64,000 bases of DNA from Eledone cirrhosa (lineage: Eukaryota). The notes below the pieces were generated by a model that was not told where the DNA came from, made no database searches, and was given only the letters and a program-made list of their open reading frames with translations. The stretch covers positions 41,354,001 through 41,418,000 of the forward strand of contig OZ024745.1 in NCBI GenBank assembly GCA_964016885.1, given 5' to 3'. The stretch's first letter is position 1, and the number at the start of each line of letters is the position of its first letter. Positions 46,859-62,604 of the stretch are shown here, in pieces. The position numbers and the translations under genes were made by a program.

Positions 46859-49146
46859 ACATTCTATCATGAAATACCGTCAAATATAGACCACAACATC
46901 ATGAAGAAGATCAACAACCTGGCTTCAAAATACCACAACTCATTTACTGATAAGGAAAGAGACTACATCACCAATTTTGGCCTACCGAAAGTTCACAAGT
47001 CAAAAGAAATACAACTGGCAGTAAGAGAACAAAACAGTGAGTACATTAAATTATTACACCCAAAAGACTTAAAACTTAGACCTATTATAGCTCGTCCAAC
47101 ATGCCCCACTCACCGTCTAAGCAATTTTGTTGACATTATTTTGAAACCACTATCTATTCACATACCCAGTTTCATCCGGGATGATATCGACTTCCTGTCC
47201 CATCTTCCCAAAACCACGGAAACGAATTCACTTCTACTCAGTTTTGATGTGGTAAGCCTTTACACCAACATTACACATGATTTAGGAATAAAGGCGGTTA
47301 AATACTGGGTGGAAAAACATAGAGAAGTGATTCCCATTAGATTCACAGCGCCATTTATATTAGACGCAGTTAAACATATTCTGGAAAACAACACTTTCTT
47401 CTTCAATGGAAAGAATTACATCCAAATTAGAGGCACAGCGATGGGAACGAAGTTTGCTCCCGTTTATGCGAACTCTGTAATGGGATACTTAGAACAACAA
47501 CTCTACCAAGAAATAGAGGAAAAATATAGTACTGACTTTAGAAAGTACATTGAAAAATCTTGGAAGAGATACCTTGACGACTGTTTTATCATCTGGACAG
47601 AATCTCTAGATACTCTGGATGAGTTCAATATCCTCCTGAATAACCTACACCCATCTCTCCAATTCACAAAAGAGATGAGTAGGACCAAATTACCATTCCT
47701 AGATATAATGATAATCAAAAACGACACCACCATTACCACGGATATATATTATAAACACACAGACACCCATTAATATCTGAATTTTAAGTCGTGCCATCCA
47801 CCTCATACAAAACGCAACTTCCCATACTGCCTAGCCAGAAGAATTTGTACCATTGTAGAAGATACGAATACCAGGTACAAACGCCTAACAGAACTAAGAG
47901 AATTTTTGCTCAAACAAAAATACCCATCTCTACTTATAGAAAATGGCATACAGCGGGCTATAAAAATACCTATACAACAACTTAGAACAACCCAAGGAAG
48001 AAGAAACCAAGAACTGGTCATACCATTTATAATGACACACAACCCATGTCACCAGAATATCTTCAACACTGCCAAAGCAAACCTACCGATCATTGCTCAA
48101 AGTAATGAATTAAAAGGCTTAATCACAGATCGATCTTTGACTCTTAGTAAAAGACAGCCAAAAAATTTGAAGCAATTGCTAACAAAAGCAAAGTTTGACC
48201 TTAACAACAAAGACCAATCATTCACTGTATCTAAATGCAATGATAATCGATGCGGCACATGTCAATCCATACACGCCGGTCAATATATGAAAACAAAAAC
48301 TGGAAAAATATTCCCAAATGCAAATATGAACTGCAAAAGCAGAAATCTAATTTACTGCATTAAATGCCCGAATTGTGAAGAACTATATGTCGGTCAAACT
48401 GGAAATGCACTATCGGAACGTGCACGGGTACACCGTCAACAAGTCAGAGACCCAAATGTCCGTCAGATACCCCTAAGCGGCCACCTGGCAACATGTGGTC
48501 AGGGAATATTTATAATATTCCCATTCTACAAATTACACAGCCCAAGTGAAATCAAGAGAAACATCAAAGAAAAGAATTTTATTGATAAATTCAAACCCAA
48601 GCTAAATGAACAATAATAACGCCTAGGGGTATTACTTCTACTACCACTATGACCACGACCACTAACAACAACAACAACAACAATAATAATAATAATAAAA
48701 GTGATGTTGATGGTGATGATTAATAGAAAATGCTATTTTCATCATTTCAAAAAGCAAAACAATTGATACGTTGGATATGACTATTGGTCGTTAGCATGCT
48801 CAACCAGCCGTGACGCTTAAACCAATCAGCTGTAGTAATTCAGTGAAACTACACACTGATTGGTCGAAATACAGTTTACAGGGCTTTGCATTCTGGAGCC
48901 ACTTTTCTCTGTATAAAATGTATAAAAGGAAGGAAATTTACCCATCTCATTACAGTTGAAAATTGCAAACTCGACTGTCACCACATATCATGAACCTGAA
49001 GATTGCGAAAGCATGAAAGTACTTGTTCAATTAACACTTAGAATTTAATATTCTATCATACTATTTCATTATAATACCATTATATATATTTTAAAGGATT
49101 GTAAATAAAACGAGTAAATCAGACAAAGTTGGAATTCCTCTTATTA
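46853..49146 (+). mobile_element. 5'-truncated Neptune-like PLE (ORF 46901-48616, one in-frame stop at 47771-47773) with a 3' pseudo-LTR
   Basis: GLPKVHK, RPII, FDVVSLYT, GTAMGT, RYLDD, PFLD, linker CNDNRCGTC, LIYCIKC..YVGQT..R. The two track ORFs share a frame. Confidence 0.93.
48991..49029 (+). ncRNA. Minimal type I hammerhead ribozyme (family K)
   Basis: tgaac-CTGAAGA-t-tgc-gaaa-gca-t-GAAA-gtac-TT-gttca. Confidence 0.85.
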
Positions 49147-49181
<35 letters not shown>

Positions 49182-49205
49182 TGTATATACATATATATAT
49201 ATATG

Positions 49206-49259
<54 letters not shown>

Positions 49260-49367
49260 CATATCTCTCTCTATATATATATATGTATATACATATCTAT
49301 ATATATATATATGTATATACATATATATATACATATATATATATATATACATACATATATATATATG

Positions 49368-49411
<44 letters not shown>

Positions 49412-49412
49412 C

Positions 49413-50840
<1,428 letters not shown>

Positions 50841-50845
<5 letters not shown>

Positions 50846-51269
50846 GTTTCTACTTTTGGCACAAGGCCAGCAATTAACCAGTGTATTACTGGTACTTTAT
50901 TTTATCGACCCCGTAAGGAAGAAAGGCAAAGTTAACCTCGGCGGGATTTGAACTCAGAATAGAAAAGGCCGTAACTCTTTGCGTCAAAGCATGGCGTCCG
51001 ACCCTCTACCGATACTGCCAATCCACCGCTTTATATAATGATTCTTCTTGAATTCACGCATCATAATTATTGTTTTAAGGATGATAATTGTTTCTACTTC
51101 TGGCACAAGGCCAGCCATTATGCACAGTGTATTACTGATGCTTTTATTTTTATCGACCTCTTAAGGATGAGAGGTAAAGCTAACCTTGGCTGGATTTGAA
51201 CTCAGAACGTAAAGACCTATAACTCTATGCTGCAAAGCACGGTGTCTACCGATACGACCTATCCACCGC
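50841..51269 (-). mobile_element. Two adjacent family 1 SINEs (50841-51029 and a diverged copy at 51084-51269)
   Basis: Homologous to 3652-3845. Confidence 0.85.
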
Positions 51270-52576
51270 GATTAAGAATAATAATAATATACATTAAGAT
51301 CGTATTAATTCTCTTCTGTTATCAGCAATTGGTATTGTTTGGTACTAGCCATCTTTGAGTATCAGTGTTTCTTAACGATTATTTAGAAGCACGTGGACAT
51401 AAAATCTTCGTGTAGAATATAACGATCTGTCCTTCGCTGTACCCGTTACGACTCCATCTCCTATTGCAGGTTTAGTGCCTGTATTCTACAAACCCATAAA
51501 TCAAGCATTTATTTATATATATATATGTGTGTGTGTGGGGGGGGGGTGTCATATTCAAAGTAATGTATTTTCCGATATGGAAATGTGTTTTGAAGTTCTA
51601 GCACTCTCCAGTTATTTGATTAAATGTAAATGTAATTCATTTCCAAGTTTTCTTTGTAACTATGACCATAGAAGTATTGAATTTTAGTGCTGGAGCAAAC
51701 ACAATCTCGTTTGTATCTCTAGCGCCGTTCAATTTATCATTACCATTATCGAAACGCTATAAACTTACAGAAGAATTTCTAAACCAAATATAACATCGCT
51801 TTTAAAACGAGAAAGTTTATTATCCATACAGTAATGTGCGCCATACTTTATGCAAAAGGGGGTTGAAGATACCTTTATTTTTCATTTCCGTTCGGAAATT
51901 GGAGAACCTCCCAGCAACCGTCTCTCGTCACGGATTGTGAAACTGCCTCAGAGCGATTTGTGAAGATCAATTGCCGACGGAACAGAGATACGGTGAATCT
52001 ATACCTTCTTTAGTATAAAAAAAGAAAAAAATCATTTCTTTTTCGTTTACTATTGTCGGTAATAAGTCAATAGACTGACACTACGTTTCAATATACTGTG
52101 CCTCAGTGGTAAAGACAGGAAAAATCTAATCAATATATTTATATATAAGGGAAAGATTAGAAGGAAAGCCAATGATTTGTGTTTCGATTTGTCTATCTAT
52201 CTTGAATTTGTTTAAAAATAGGAAATCTAGAAAATTGTTTAAAGATAACATAACGTAAGAGCATTGCAATGTCACGAGATTATCTCCCGTTTCTCAAACG
52301 TTCAGAATCACTTTCAATATATTTAGCATGATTTATAATCTTATAAATCTGTAGAAGGTTTGGTGCTTAAGTTTCAGTAATTCTACACCATTGTATTTAT
52401 TTGCTAGAGATTTAACAGATTGTATATATATGGGTGCTTTACAGAATGTTGTACTCTGTGTATCTTAAACATACAAAACTGAATAATCGTATTTTCCTGT
52501 AAATATTTGTTTAATCACAAGTTTTCAGCCTCCACAGATTGAAACAAATACAATTCTGCATATATGATTATACCAC

Positions 52577-52870
52577 AGGCATGAATGTGTAGATATCGAA
52601 TTCCTTCGTAATCACATGGATTCAGGTTCAGCCGCACTTAGTTGTACCTTGGGTAAAGTCTTCGTCCTAGCATACTTTTAGCCAACGCCTTATGAATAGC
52701 TTTTGGAAACAAGTGTCCACTTGGAAGCTTCTGCGAAGTCGCTTGACCTGCTAAATTAACAATCAAATCATTCAAAACTCACACCCAACATGTTGGATAA
52801 TGTCGTCCTAAATACACTTTGTCTGTAAACAAGATGGGGTAGCTATGGCTGTAAAGAATTCAATCATACA
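52577..52870 (+). mobile_element. Old tRNA-derived SINE (third family)
   Basis: Decayed head cacatggattcaggttcag followed by accttgggtaaagtcttc. Confidence 0.5.
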
Positions 52871-52999
52871 TCTTTTCAATCAGAACCGATGTGACTCTCA
52901 ATAACTACAGCAGCAGCAGAAAGAACAACACTAACAACAAGTATAACTTCAATGAAGAAAACAACTGAAAAACCAGCAATAACAACGAAGACGATAACA

Positions 53000-53986
53000 G
53001 TAACTAAATCGGCGTATGTAGAGGCTACTTTAGTGCCCATTGCTGTTCCTGAAATTTGTCGGGACGCAAATCCATTGAACAAAATGTAATTATATATTAT
53101 GAATATGAGTCCATTCAGGATGAAGTATTTTTAATGTGTATTAGCAATTCGAATTGGTGTGTGTCTAGCCAATATTTGATTCAGTTATTCCATAATCAGA
53201 GGCTATGTTCATGTATAGGTTTACAACGTCAAAGAAGACAAGAGTTTGTGTGCTCACTTACTGTTTTGGGGAGATGGTTTAGCATGTCAAAGCCATCTCG
53301 TATGTAGCTCTGCACCTGTTTTAGAAGGGCTTTAAAAGGATGTCCAGAAAGTTACTCAAACTATTTGTTTGACATGGACCTACAATAATTGGCCTGAGTT
53401 TTCAATTGTTAGGATGTGTTAACTGGATGAATTTGGTTGTCGAGCTTTTGCAAGCGTCAGCTATCTGTTTTCATTTGTACAGTTTCAGTAGGCCGTAGAA
53501 TATGCTAGTTTTGCATTTGAAGTGGCTTATGTAATTGATTTCTTCCGTGGTGAGACTTTTACGGAACTTATATAGTAAAGTGGGAAGATTTTCCATTATT
53601 TTAGATTAGATACATTTGTTTATTAAGCTGGAGTTACATATATATAACTCAAACTCAAACATATATAACAAAAATAATGGAAAATCTTCTATCTCTACTA
53701 TATAAATACCGTAAAAACCTCACAACGAAAGAAATCAATTACATAAGCCACTTACGTCAATTATAGCTAGTCGTCCATGTCAAACAAACAGATTGAGTAA
53801 CTTTCTGGACATCCTTTTAAAGCCCCTTCTAAAACAGGTGCAGAGCTACATACGAGATGGCTTTGACGTGCTAAACCATCTCCCCAAAACAGTAAGTGAG
53901 CACACAAACTCTTGCTTCTTTGACGTTGTAATCCTATACATGAATATAGTACCTGATTATGGAATAACTGAATCAAATATTGGCTA

Positions 53987-53990
<4 letters not shown>
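53000..53990. pseudogene. Decayed Neptune-like PLE RT fragments in inverted arrangement (~53000-53610 minus; ~53665-53990 plus)
   Basis: GTAMGTKVASTYADLV and LSNFLDILLKP..SYIRD..LNHLPK are homologous to the 46901 ORF. Confidence 0.8.
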
Positions 53991-54030
<40 letters not shown>

Positions 54031-54034
<4 letters not shown>

Positions 54035-54992
54035 AGACGTAAAATAAGAAAATTATAAAATTAACTTACTTACTAAAATATCACTTCCAACTAATTAATT
54101 TCTGGAATGGAGTAAATATATTTTCCGAAGAAGATATAAAGAAGCATTCCGTCGTCAGGAAAGTCTATTCTCATGTAAGTTTCCAGGCAAAGCGAGGACT
54201 CTAGAAACTTATTAAAAATAATTCAGTGGATAGGAAATAGCAAAGCGTGGACTGAATTCCTAGCCATTGAGAAAATCACTGCCTCTGCGTCTGTGGAAAA
54301 TTCAAAAAGAATCGAACATGTGACATCGAGGTCAATCAGTGGAAAGTGGTTTGCTAATAAGACAGCGGCCTGCCTACAACCGTAGCAGCAGTCATGGCCA
54401 ATATTGCTCGACAAATAATTTGGAGATAATAATAAAGAATTCATATCTAGTAACATATATATACATACAGATGCATATCAATGCTAGCAAATATATAGGT
54501 TTTGTCTTAGTAACATTGTGGTTCAATGCATGGGATTGCAGAACAATAATATAAGAGACGTAAAATAAGAAAATTATAAAATTAACTTACTTACTAAAAT
54601 ATCACTTCCAACTAATTAGTTTCTGGAATGGAGTAAATATATTTTCCGAAGAATAATATAAAAAAGCATTCCGTCGTCAGGAAAGTCTATTCTCATGTAA
54701 GTTTCCAGGCAAAGCGAGGACTCTGGAAACTTATTAAAAAATAATTCAGTGGATAGGAAATAGCAAAGCGTGGACTGAATTCCTAGCCATTGAGAAAATC
54801 ACTGCCTCTGCGTCTGTGGCAAATTCAAAAAGAATCGAACACACAACATCGAGGTCAATCAGTGGAAAGTGGTTTGCTAATAAGACAGCGGCCTGCCTAC
54901 AACCGTAGCAGCAGTCATGACCAATATTGCTCGACAAATAATTTGGAGATAATAATAAAGAATTCATATCTAGTAACATATATATACATACA
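54031..54992 (-). mobile_element. Second array of the family F monomer (~1.8 units); HHRs at 54084-54163 and 54605-54685
   Basis: Reverse complement of the 24836-26233 unit, ending at the same 3' position next to (TA)n. Confidence 0.88.
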
Positions 54993-55064
54993 TGTGTATC
55001 ACATATATATACATATATATACATACATATATATACATATACATACATTCATGTCTATCACATC

Positions 55065-55104
55065 CCGAGCTGAAGATCCGCGAAGGTGAAACAATTGTTC
55101 TCGG
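55065..55104 (+). ncRNA. Minimal type I hammerhead ribozyme (family M), 40 nt
   Basis: ccgag-CTGAAGA-tcc-gcgaa-ggt-GAAA-caattg-TT-ctcgg. Confidence 0.82.
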
Positions 55105-55208
55105 TATAGTGAACTAACTGTTGTATAACCACTTCTACCTAACTCGTCCCTTGGACTGAGTGCTCTGCCACTACGGATATTACCTTCCAGTGTTCCACCA
55201 CTATATAT

Positions 55209-55294
<86 letters not shown>

Positions 55295-55383
55295 GAGAGA
55301 GAGGGAGAGGGAAAATATATTATATATACATATACACACGTACACACATCACACATATATATATATATATGTGTGTGTATATA

Positions 55384-55418
<35 letters not shown>

Positions 55419-55452
55419 TGGAAAATGTGTGTAATCCTTGGTACAGTTAGGT

Positions 55453-56184
55453 ATATTAAGACCGGGGGAAGAAAAAAATGGCTTCACTTGTGCTTTCAAC
55501 AAATTTATTTTCTTCACAAAATCCCAAAAGAATTTTTTTCCGGATTAGAAAAAATTTTTTTTTTCTTAAAAAAATTTTTTTTTATAACCACATATGTGTG
55601 TGTTGAACAAAGGACTAATTTTGGGATGGACGTAGAAAAATTCTTCAGAAAAAAAAAAAAAAAAATTGTTTACAAGCTTGGCAGGTGCGGTTTGTCTATG
55701 ACCATCTTCGAAACAAAGGAATACTAAAAGCTTTTTCCCCTGAATAAAGGAGTTTTTCGAGAATGACCGGGGCAGGCCGCACTTGCTACATTTCTCCCCA
55801 CCCAACCCTACTCACTGTCTCAACTCATTACTGCTATTAACATTTTTTCAACACACCTACACCCCTACACTTATTAAAGGGGGAGAAAAAAAACCCACCA
55901 CACCACAGACATGCTAAATCCCTATATATAGAAAAACACACCACATACACATCAGTTTGACAAGCCGACCTCAGCGTGAAAGGTCTTTCTAAAAACGAAA
56001 CAATACCTCCTACGTTAACCAAGAACTCCTAAGACCTAACCAAAAACCAACAACTTAATTCATAAAAAAATGTTTATTAAGAAAATATTTTTTTATAATC
56101 CAGAAAAAAATTATTTTGGGATTTTGTGAAGAAAATAAATTTGTTGAAAGCACAAGTGAAGCCATTTTTTTCTTCCCCCCTGTC

Positions 56185-56190
<6 letters not shown>
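55453..56190. mobile_element. Decayed element with ~120-bp inverted ends, probably a PLE remnant
   Basis: 55453-55575 is the reverse complement of 56063-56190; the sequence is rich in homopolymers. Confidence 0.5.
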
Positions 56191-56247
<57 letters not shown>

Positions 56248-56249
<2 letters not shown>

Positions 56250-56830
56250 GACCGACCATGAGACAGGATGTATCCCAGTACATCCTGTCTCATGGTCGGG
56301 TCGTTGGCGACTAAACTGGCAACCCCACCAAGGTTTCTTGGTGAGGAGGTTGACTTTGGACATCATGCAGGACTAAAAACAAAACCTGTCAAAGGGCAAA
56401 GGAGTTCTTAAGAGTTTTGCCATCCAAAATCACCGGGAGAGATGACACCTTAGCCTTTGTCAAGGTAGAATTCTAGGAGAAGGAAAACTCTGATATAATA
56501 CCTGCAAGCCTGATGGTATCCAATGATGTTGACTTGTTCTTCTTTATGGTAAATATCATCTTGGTTAAGAGAGTGGGACAGGCTTTGTGCAGTGCCTTTG
56601 CTCACTATAAAAGCTTCACGGCACAGGCATTGCTTTATATCTGGAGATCTCTCTGCACTTGTCGTCACATGGTACCACTATGTGTCAATAATTGTCACAA
56701 GTGTAGTGTTTGTACCAGAGTTTTCAAGTTGCTGGCTGGACTAAAAAGTCACACTCGCTCAGCGCATCGGTAGGGGTTCTCCTACATGGATATAAAGTAG
56801 TGGCCGTACTCGAAAACGAGTAGGCAGCCA

Positions 56831-56832
<2 letters not shown>
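56248..56832 (+). mobile_element. Non-autonomous RTE-derived element, copy 3, with a foldback 5' end
   Basis: Colinear with 43504-44115; encodes CSVCTRVFKLLAGLKSHTRSAH. Confidence 0.75.
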
Positions 56833-56898
<66 letters not shown>

Positions 56899-57154
56899 CT
56901 GTAACATAACCACAAATGTACAAAGAATACACAGCGAAAGGATAAGATCTTTTCGCTTGTAACATCGATGGACATTAGTGCGAGTTCTTCGGAGATATCA
57001 GTCACAAAAACCGAACACAGACATATATATCTTTGAATTACAGGTGCCACATTGGTTTACCCCACCTATACACACATACATGTACGTCTGGAGATGAAAA
57101 CATTTCCCGTATATCTATTTTCCTCTCATTAGTGAATGTATATATACATATATA

Positions 57155-57670
57155 TATAATTTTCGGCGAAAGCAGGGAAGTGCGTGGCTCTGATGAACGC
57201 CAATCAGCATGAAACAGACTGTCAGCTTCTCTCCTTTCGTTCGCCGAAAAGAAGTAAGTGACATAGTCACTACTTTAAAACTCATATCGTATGGTCTTCT
57301 AAATGTTTTTAATTAAACATACGGTATGTTGCCAAATATACTATACATACATTCATGTATACATCGCTATTTCAGAGTACCAATCCTAATACCTAAGTTT
57401 TGTTGGACCGGCAATCGCTCTGTATAATCAGCTCCTCATTATTACTGGAATTCTATAAGAATCCAGCTTCTATAATTTTCGGCGGAAGCAGCGGTGTCCG
57501 AGGCTCTGATGAACGCCAACCAGCGTGAAACAGACTGTCGGCTGCTCTCCCTTCTTTCGCTGAAAAGAAGTAAGTGACATAGTCACTCCTTTCAAACTGA
57601 TAGCGTATGGTCTTCTAAGTGTTTTTAATTAAACATACGGTATATTGCTAAATATACTATACATACATTT
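57155..57670 (+). mobile_element. Tandem 316-bp non-coding monomers (family N); HHRs at 57186-57227 and 57502-57543
   Basis: ggct-CTGATGA-acgc/gcgt-GAAA-cagactg-TC-(a/g)gct. Confidence 0.85.
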
Positions 57671-58689
57671 AAATATATGTGAGTGTATGTGTGTCTCCTT
57701 CTGATAATTTATTTTAACGTCTGCAATTATTATACGTCTCTATATTTACCGATAGCTGTTTTGGAACTTTCGTTTCTTCATCAGTGCAACGTGTTCTAAG
57801 AATTAATTACATTATATACTAGTTGATAAAAATAGGGAAAAAATAGAAAAAAGTGTTTTGAAAATATTTTTAAAGAATGATTTGTTTTCGTAGTCGAAAG
57901 GATTTAAGAGTAGATAAGAGGACTTGAAAAGATTGATAAATTCCTTGGCTCGTGAAAATATAGACTTTTGAAAAATATTTGAAAGGCATTTGAAAGATAT
58001 TTGAAAAATATTTATAAATATTGATAAAGTTATTTATTCATTTCATGTCAGATAGATACAGATTTCTTAGTATGTTTTTCAACCAGCACAAACATATTTT
58101 CTTTGCTAAGTGGCTTTGCTGATGTGGAAGATACAGGGGTAGTCGGAAAAGTAGATTATGGAAGAGGAGGTAAAGATCAGGGTACACACATACATATTGA
58201 CATAAATACTTACATACATAACATAATACATACATACATAAATTCATACATATATACTAGCTATCGTGTATGACCTACTCTTCAAACCTGTCCTCCTTTT
58301 CGATACAGTACATTCAAAACATGGGCACGTAACGTGACAAAGATATACATCAATATGGATAGACCAAAGTATGCCTATGCAACATTAGCATTTCAGCACG
58401 GAGCGCAATATCATTGACGATCATATACATATATCCAAGTTTTCTTAATGTCTTGTGAGATCATACAACTACACATAGAAAGTTCCTTTCCATCACGCAG
58501 GACGAGTTAAGACTAACACTCCCTCATGCATATACGTTACCTGTCTCCCCAGAACAGCCGTTCTCCAAGTAAAAAACAGGTTATTACAGTTTAGTAGCAG
58601 CAACGTCTCAGGTGAACTCGGAACTCAAAAAGTCGAAAGCTATACGGCGAGAAATCATGTACGACACTTTAATATATCTGTCAATCAAT

Positions 58690-58837
58690 AAATATGCACT
58701 GGTTCATTATTTGTCGACCTTGAAGGATGGAAGGTGATGTGACTTCGGTGGGATTTGAACTCGGTGCGCAGAAAGTCGGAACAAATAACGCAAGGCCTTT
58801 AATCCCACGCTCTAAAGACTCTGCTAATTCAGCACCT
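58690..58837 (-). mobile_element. Diverged SINE related to family 1
   Basis: tcgaccttgaaggatggaagg..gggatttgaactc. Confidence 0.65.
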
Positions 58838-59134
58838 TCTCTATGTGTGTTTGCATTGATAGTGTATGGATGGATAGATAGTTATACATATGCTAGAAAA
58901 CCGGACAGAATACTTTGCGAAATGTTTCTGTCTATCTGCGCTCAGATACAACATTGATTTTTATCCTTTTGAGGACGATAACTGATGTCTCATTACAGTA
59001 CTGTGATCGATGTTTCTTTCTCATTTCCTAAAAGAAATGAGCTCCGTTAGATTGAAATAGCCAAGACACATCGTATATCAAACGGCGCGCCACTGACTCA
59101 GTGTATGCATAGATAGATATACAAACATACATGA

Positions 59135-59412
59135 TTGGCACTCCGTCGGTTACGACGACGAGTGTTCCAGTTGGTCCGATCAACGGAACAGCCTGCTCGT
59201 GAAATTAACTTGCAAATGGCTGAGCATTCAACAGATACGCGTACCCTTAACATATTTCTCATGGCGATTCAGCATGACACAGAATGTGACAAGGCTGGTC
59301 CTTCGAATTACAGGTAGAGCTCATTTTTGCTAGACACAACGCGCCGCCGGGAATTGAACCCACTACCTTACAATTATAGCCGAAAAACCCTAACCACAAA
59401 GCCACGCGCCTT
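59135..59412 (-). mobile_element. tRNA-derived SINE family 2
   Basis: Minus strand head AGGCGCGTGGCTTTGTGGTTAGGG and B box GGTTCAATTCC. Confidence 0.8.
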
Positions 59413-59617
59413 CAGTACGTACATACATAGACACACACATGCATAAATGCATGCACACATACAGACAAACAGATAGACGAACAGACCGATAGACAAACAG
59501 ACAGACAGACTCTTATTTCTTTGTGTAGTTTGTTACTTTTACCCTCTGAATCTTATCATAAATATCCAGCAATCTTCGCCTCTAATTTTCAGTTTTGCTT
59601 AATTTCGAATCAAATTA

Positions 59618-59682
<65 letters not shown>

Positions 59683-61339
59683 CACTCTCTCTCACTCTTC
59701 CCCTCGCTCTCTATCTTTCTAGATCTGTTTTTTAATCTCTGTCTCTCATTTATCACAGCTCTAACTAAATCAAAACAAACTTATAAACATCACGAACCAA
59801 GAATGGAGCCTGTATGCTAGAAATTGCAGCTAAAGTAACCTGATGTTAAAAGATTTAATTTTTAATTAAGAAAAACGAATTATTTGGGACGCCTTTTATC
59901 AATCAGGGCTGATAGAGTCAGCACTGAACCTACTGATAAATAAATAGACGGATGACGGCAACTTGAAGGCTTTCATTAAAGGAATAATCTTTCAATGCTG
60001 ACCTGAAACTAAACAACTATAATAAGGTGACAATCATGAAACTTGTGAAACCGGCAAAATTATAAATTATTATACATAAACCTTCTTAAAGACTTCAATT
60101 GCATTTTCAACTCCTTTTTCCTATATTTTTACTAGTGTGGAATATCTGGAAAAAAATCTTACTTCCATATATATATATCTATATATATATATATTCAAAT
60201 GGCAACCAAAGAGGTACTTCAAATCATTTTCTTAATGTCTACAAGCTTTTCTACTTCAATATTAGCATAGATCATATTGAAGCATCATTAAGGCATTAAT
60301 TAAGGATTTCGATGATAAGAGTCGCAAAGAAATAAAAGAATCATAGTCAATAGGGTAAAGAAATTGAAGATGCTTTTTTTAAAATGTGTTTAAAGAAATA
60401 CAGAGAAAGTTATTAAATCTCTCGGGAATCAGTTACTAAATTGTGTTAAATAAGCGTGAATGTTTTTCAGCAATAAGAAATGAAAAGGTTTTTGAAGAGA
60501 TTTTTTAAAAAAAGAATGCGATATTTCTCCGGAGAGGCACATGCAACGTAGTTGATTAATTGTGTATGGAAGCAGATTAAAAAAATAGTTTATATTAGAT
60601 AGAAATATTAAATGCATGCTTACTTATTAAAGTTTCTTCTATCATAGAGAAAACGGTGTTTTAAGAAACATTTGTATGGCGTTAATTCTGATATGCAAGC
60701 AGTGTTGCATAACGAATGATATTATGTGATGGTGTTATTATGTAGAACGCCGTAATCGGTTATAAATTTAGTCATGTGTGGAGAATGATAGTGAACTACG
60801 CTATAAAAGCGTATTGTTTTAAGTATAAAGTAGCAGAAAAATTAAAAGTAAAGAACCTTATACACATCCATAAAAAGATATGAAATGCATTAAAAGACTT
60901 AGTTACATGTCACCGTTATGTGACTCAAACTCTCTTATATAAACAAAAAAGAAGCGTGCAAATTTACTATAGTATTTATTTAGTGGAGAAAACAAATTAT
61001 TAATACATGGCGAAATTACAAACATACGGCGGCGTCCCTTAAATAATCATTTCAAAAAAAAGATACCACCTTAGGTTATACGATTGTGCCACAAATATAT
61101 ATACATATTTTCTATTAACTTGATAGAGCGTTACGTTATAAGCGCCTATTATTTTAAGTACGATATACTATAAATTATCAGGGAGGTCAAACGATAAAAA
61201 GCGCATACATAGACTTATAAAATGGTATGGACAGCATTAAGAAGACATAGTTTAATATTAATGTTGGATCAGGTATCTAATATGAAAAACGAGTGGTATA
61301 ATCTTCACGCCCCTCAAACTGCAGCTCTTCGATAGCATT

Positions 61340-61723
61340 ATAAGCTGAATGTTTTCAACAAAGATGCCTATGAAAAATCCTGAAAATCACTTATCGAGAC
61401 AGGATTACTAATGTTGAGGTGCTGAAGAGAAGTAAAAAGAGACTACTGACTGACAACATCGCTGAAATGCGCCTGAAACCGGCTGGACACATTCTGCGCA
61501 TGTCTGAGTACCGGAACCCCTCTCTGGAAATGAGATAGATCCCAGTCGGTAGCAAGCGGAAAAAAGGAAGACCCAAGAAAACCTGACGCTCAACTTTCAA
61601 AGATCTCCAAAGGATTGGACTGGACTGGAAAACTACGCAAGATGCCGGAGCTGTTCGTGTAGCTTGAAGAAGACTCATTGCCAAATATGCTCCAGGGCAT
61701 AGAAGGACCTAAGACTAAGACTA
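61340..61723 (+). mobile_element. 3' end of an RTE-clade LINE
   Basis: DRITNVEVLKR..AGHILRM..KRKKGRPKKT; tail of short repeats (ctaagactaagact). Confidence 0.82.
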
Positions 61724-61764
61724 CGATATATATATATATGTGTGTAGGGGGGGGGGGGGGTTTA

Positions 61765-62604
61765 TACGAATGTAAGTCAAATATCAACCGCTCATTCGCC
61801 ATAACATCTTTAGGTTTGTCTCACTGCCTTCTGCTCGCGTGTGCTTACATTTAGTACTATTGTGGTCACCTGATCGACGTTTGAGCTTGATTGCGCCAGT
61901 TTTCTTGCTGCTCTTTGGATTCTGGGTCATGGTGATAAACCCACGTTGTATCTCCTGTGACTATTCTGCTGATGGTTTTTTTTCACTCCCATTCTTGTAG
62001 CGGTCACTTAACTTTGGCAGACCTCAACACATTTGCACTCGTGCTCTGAGGTAAGCTGTCTTAGCACCCATCTCGCGCAGACTTTCTGGAAGCCGAGCTA
62101 GTCATGCATGATTTGATAGGCTGAACCATGTCTTATCTGCTGAGAATATACTACCTCATCAATGGTAACTCGTTGGTTGGCAATTTCTCTTCAGCTTGCT
62201 GAATCAGTGGTGGAGGTTGATGGGCGTCGTGCTCCTTCTTCGTGCGTCGTACTTGTCCAGCCACTTTTAAACTTCTCGATCCACGTATACACACTTCTGC
62301 ATGGTACTGTACCGTTGCCGTACTGTGTTAAAAAGCCTCTGATGAATTGCAACACCTGGCACCTTCCTGAGAAATCGGACCACTGCTATTTGTTCCTCCT
62401 TGGTGTCCACTGCTAGCGGAGTGGGCATGTTTACACTATAACAGCAGCCAGGAAAATGGCACAACCAAGCTGAACCTTAGATCACGTGACTACAATATTG
62501 CCAACTATGAGGATGCATGAATAGAAGGCAGTGAGATACATATATTTAGGTTACTAAATATATGTTATAGCGAAAGTGCGGTAAACGTTTTACTCACCCT
62601 CGTA
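61765..62604 (-). mobile_element. Internally deleted, decayed mariner transposon
   Basis: Imperfect TIRs (tacgaatgtaagtcaaa / tacgagggtgagtaaaa) with TA ends; EEQIAVVRFL, KVCARWVLRQLT, IVTGDTTWVYHHDPESK. Confidence 0.88.

Noticed and set aside
47771-47773. Programmed readthrough or selenocysteine in PLE ORFs
   Set aside because: The in-frame stops here and at 384-386 are TAA, not TGA, consistent with ordinary nonsense mutations.
58038-58247. Possible host exon
   Set aside because: The peptide is short and unrecognisable, with no supportable splice structure.
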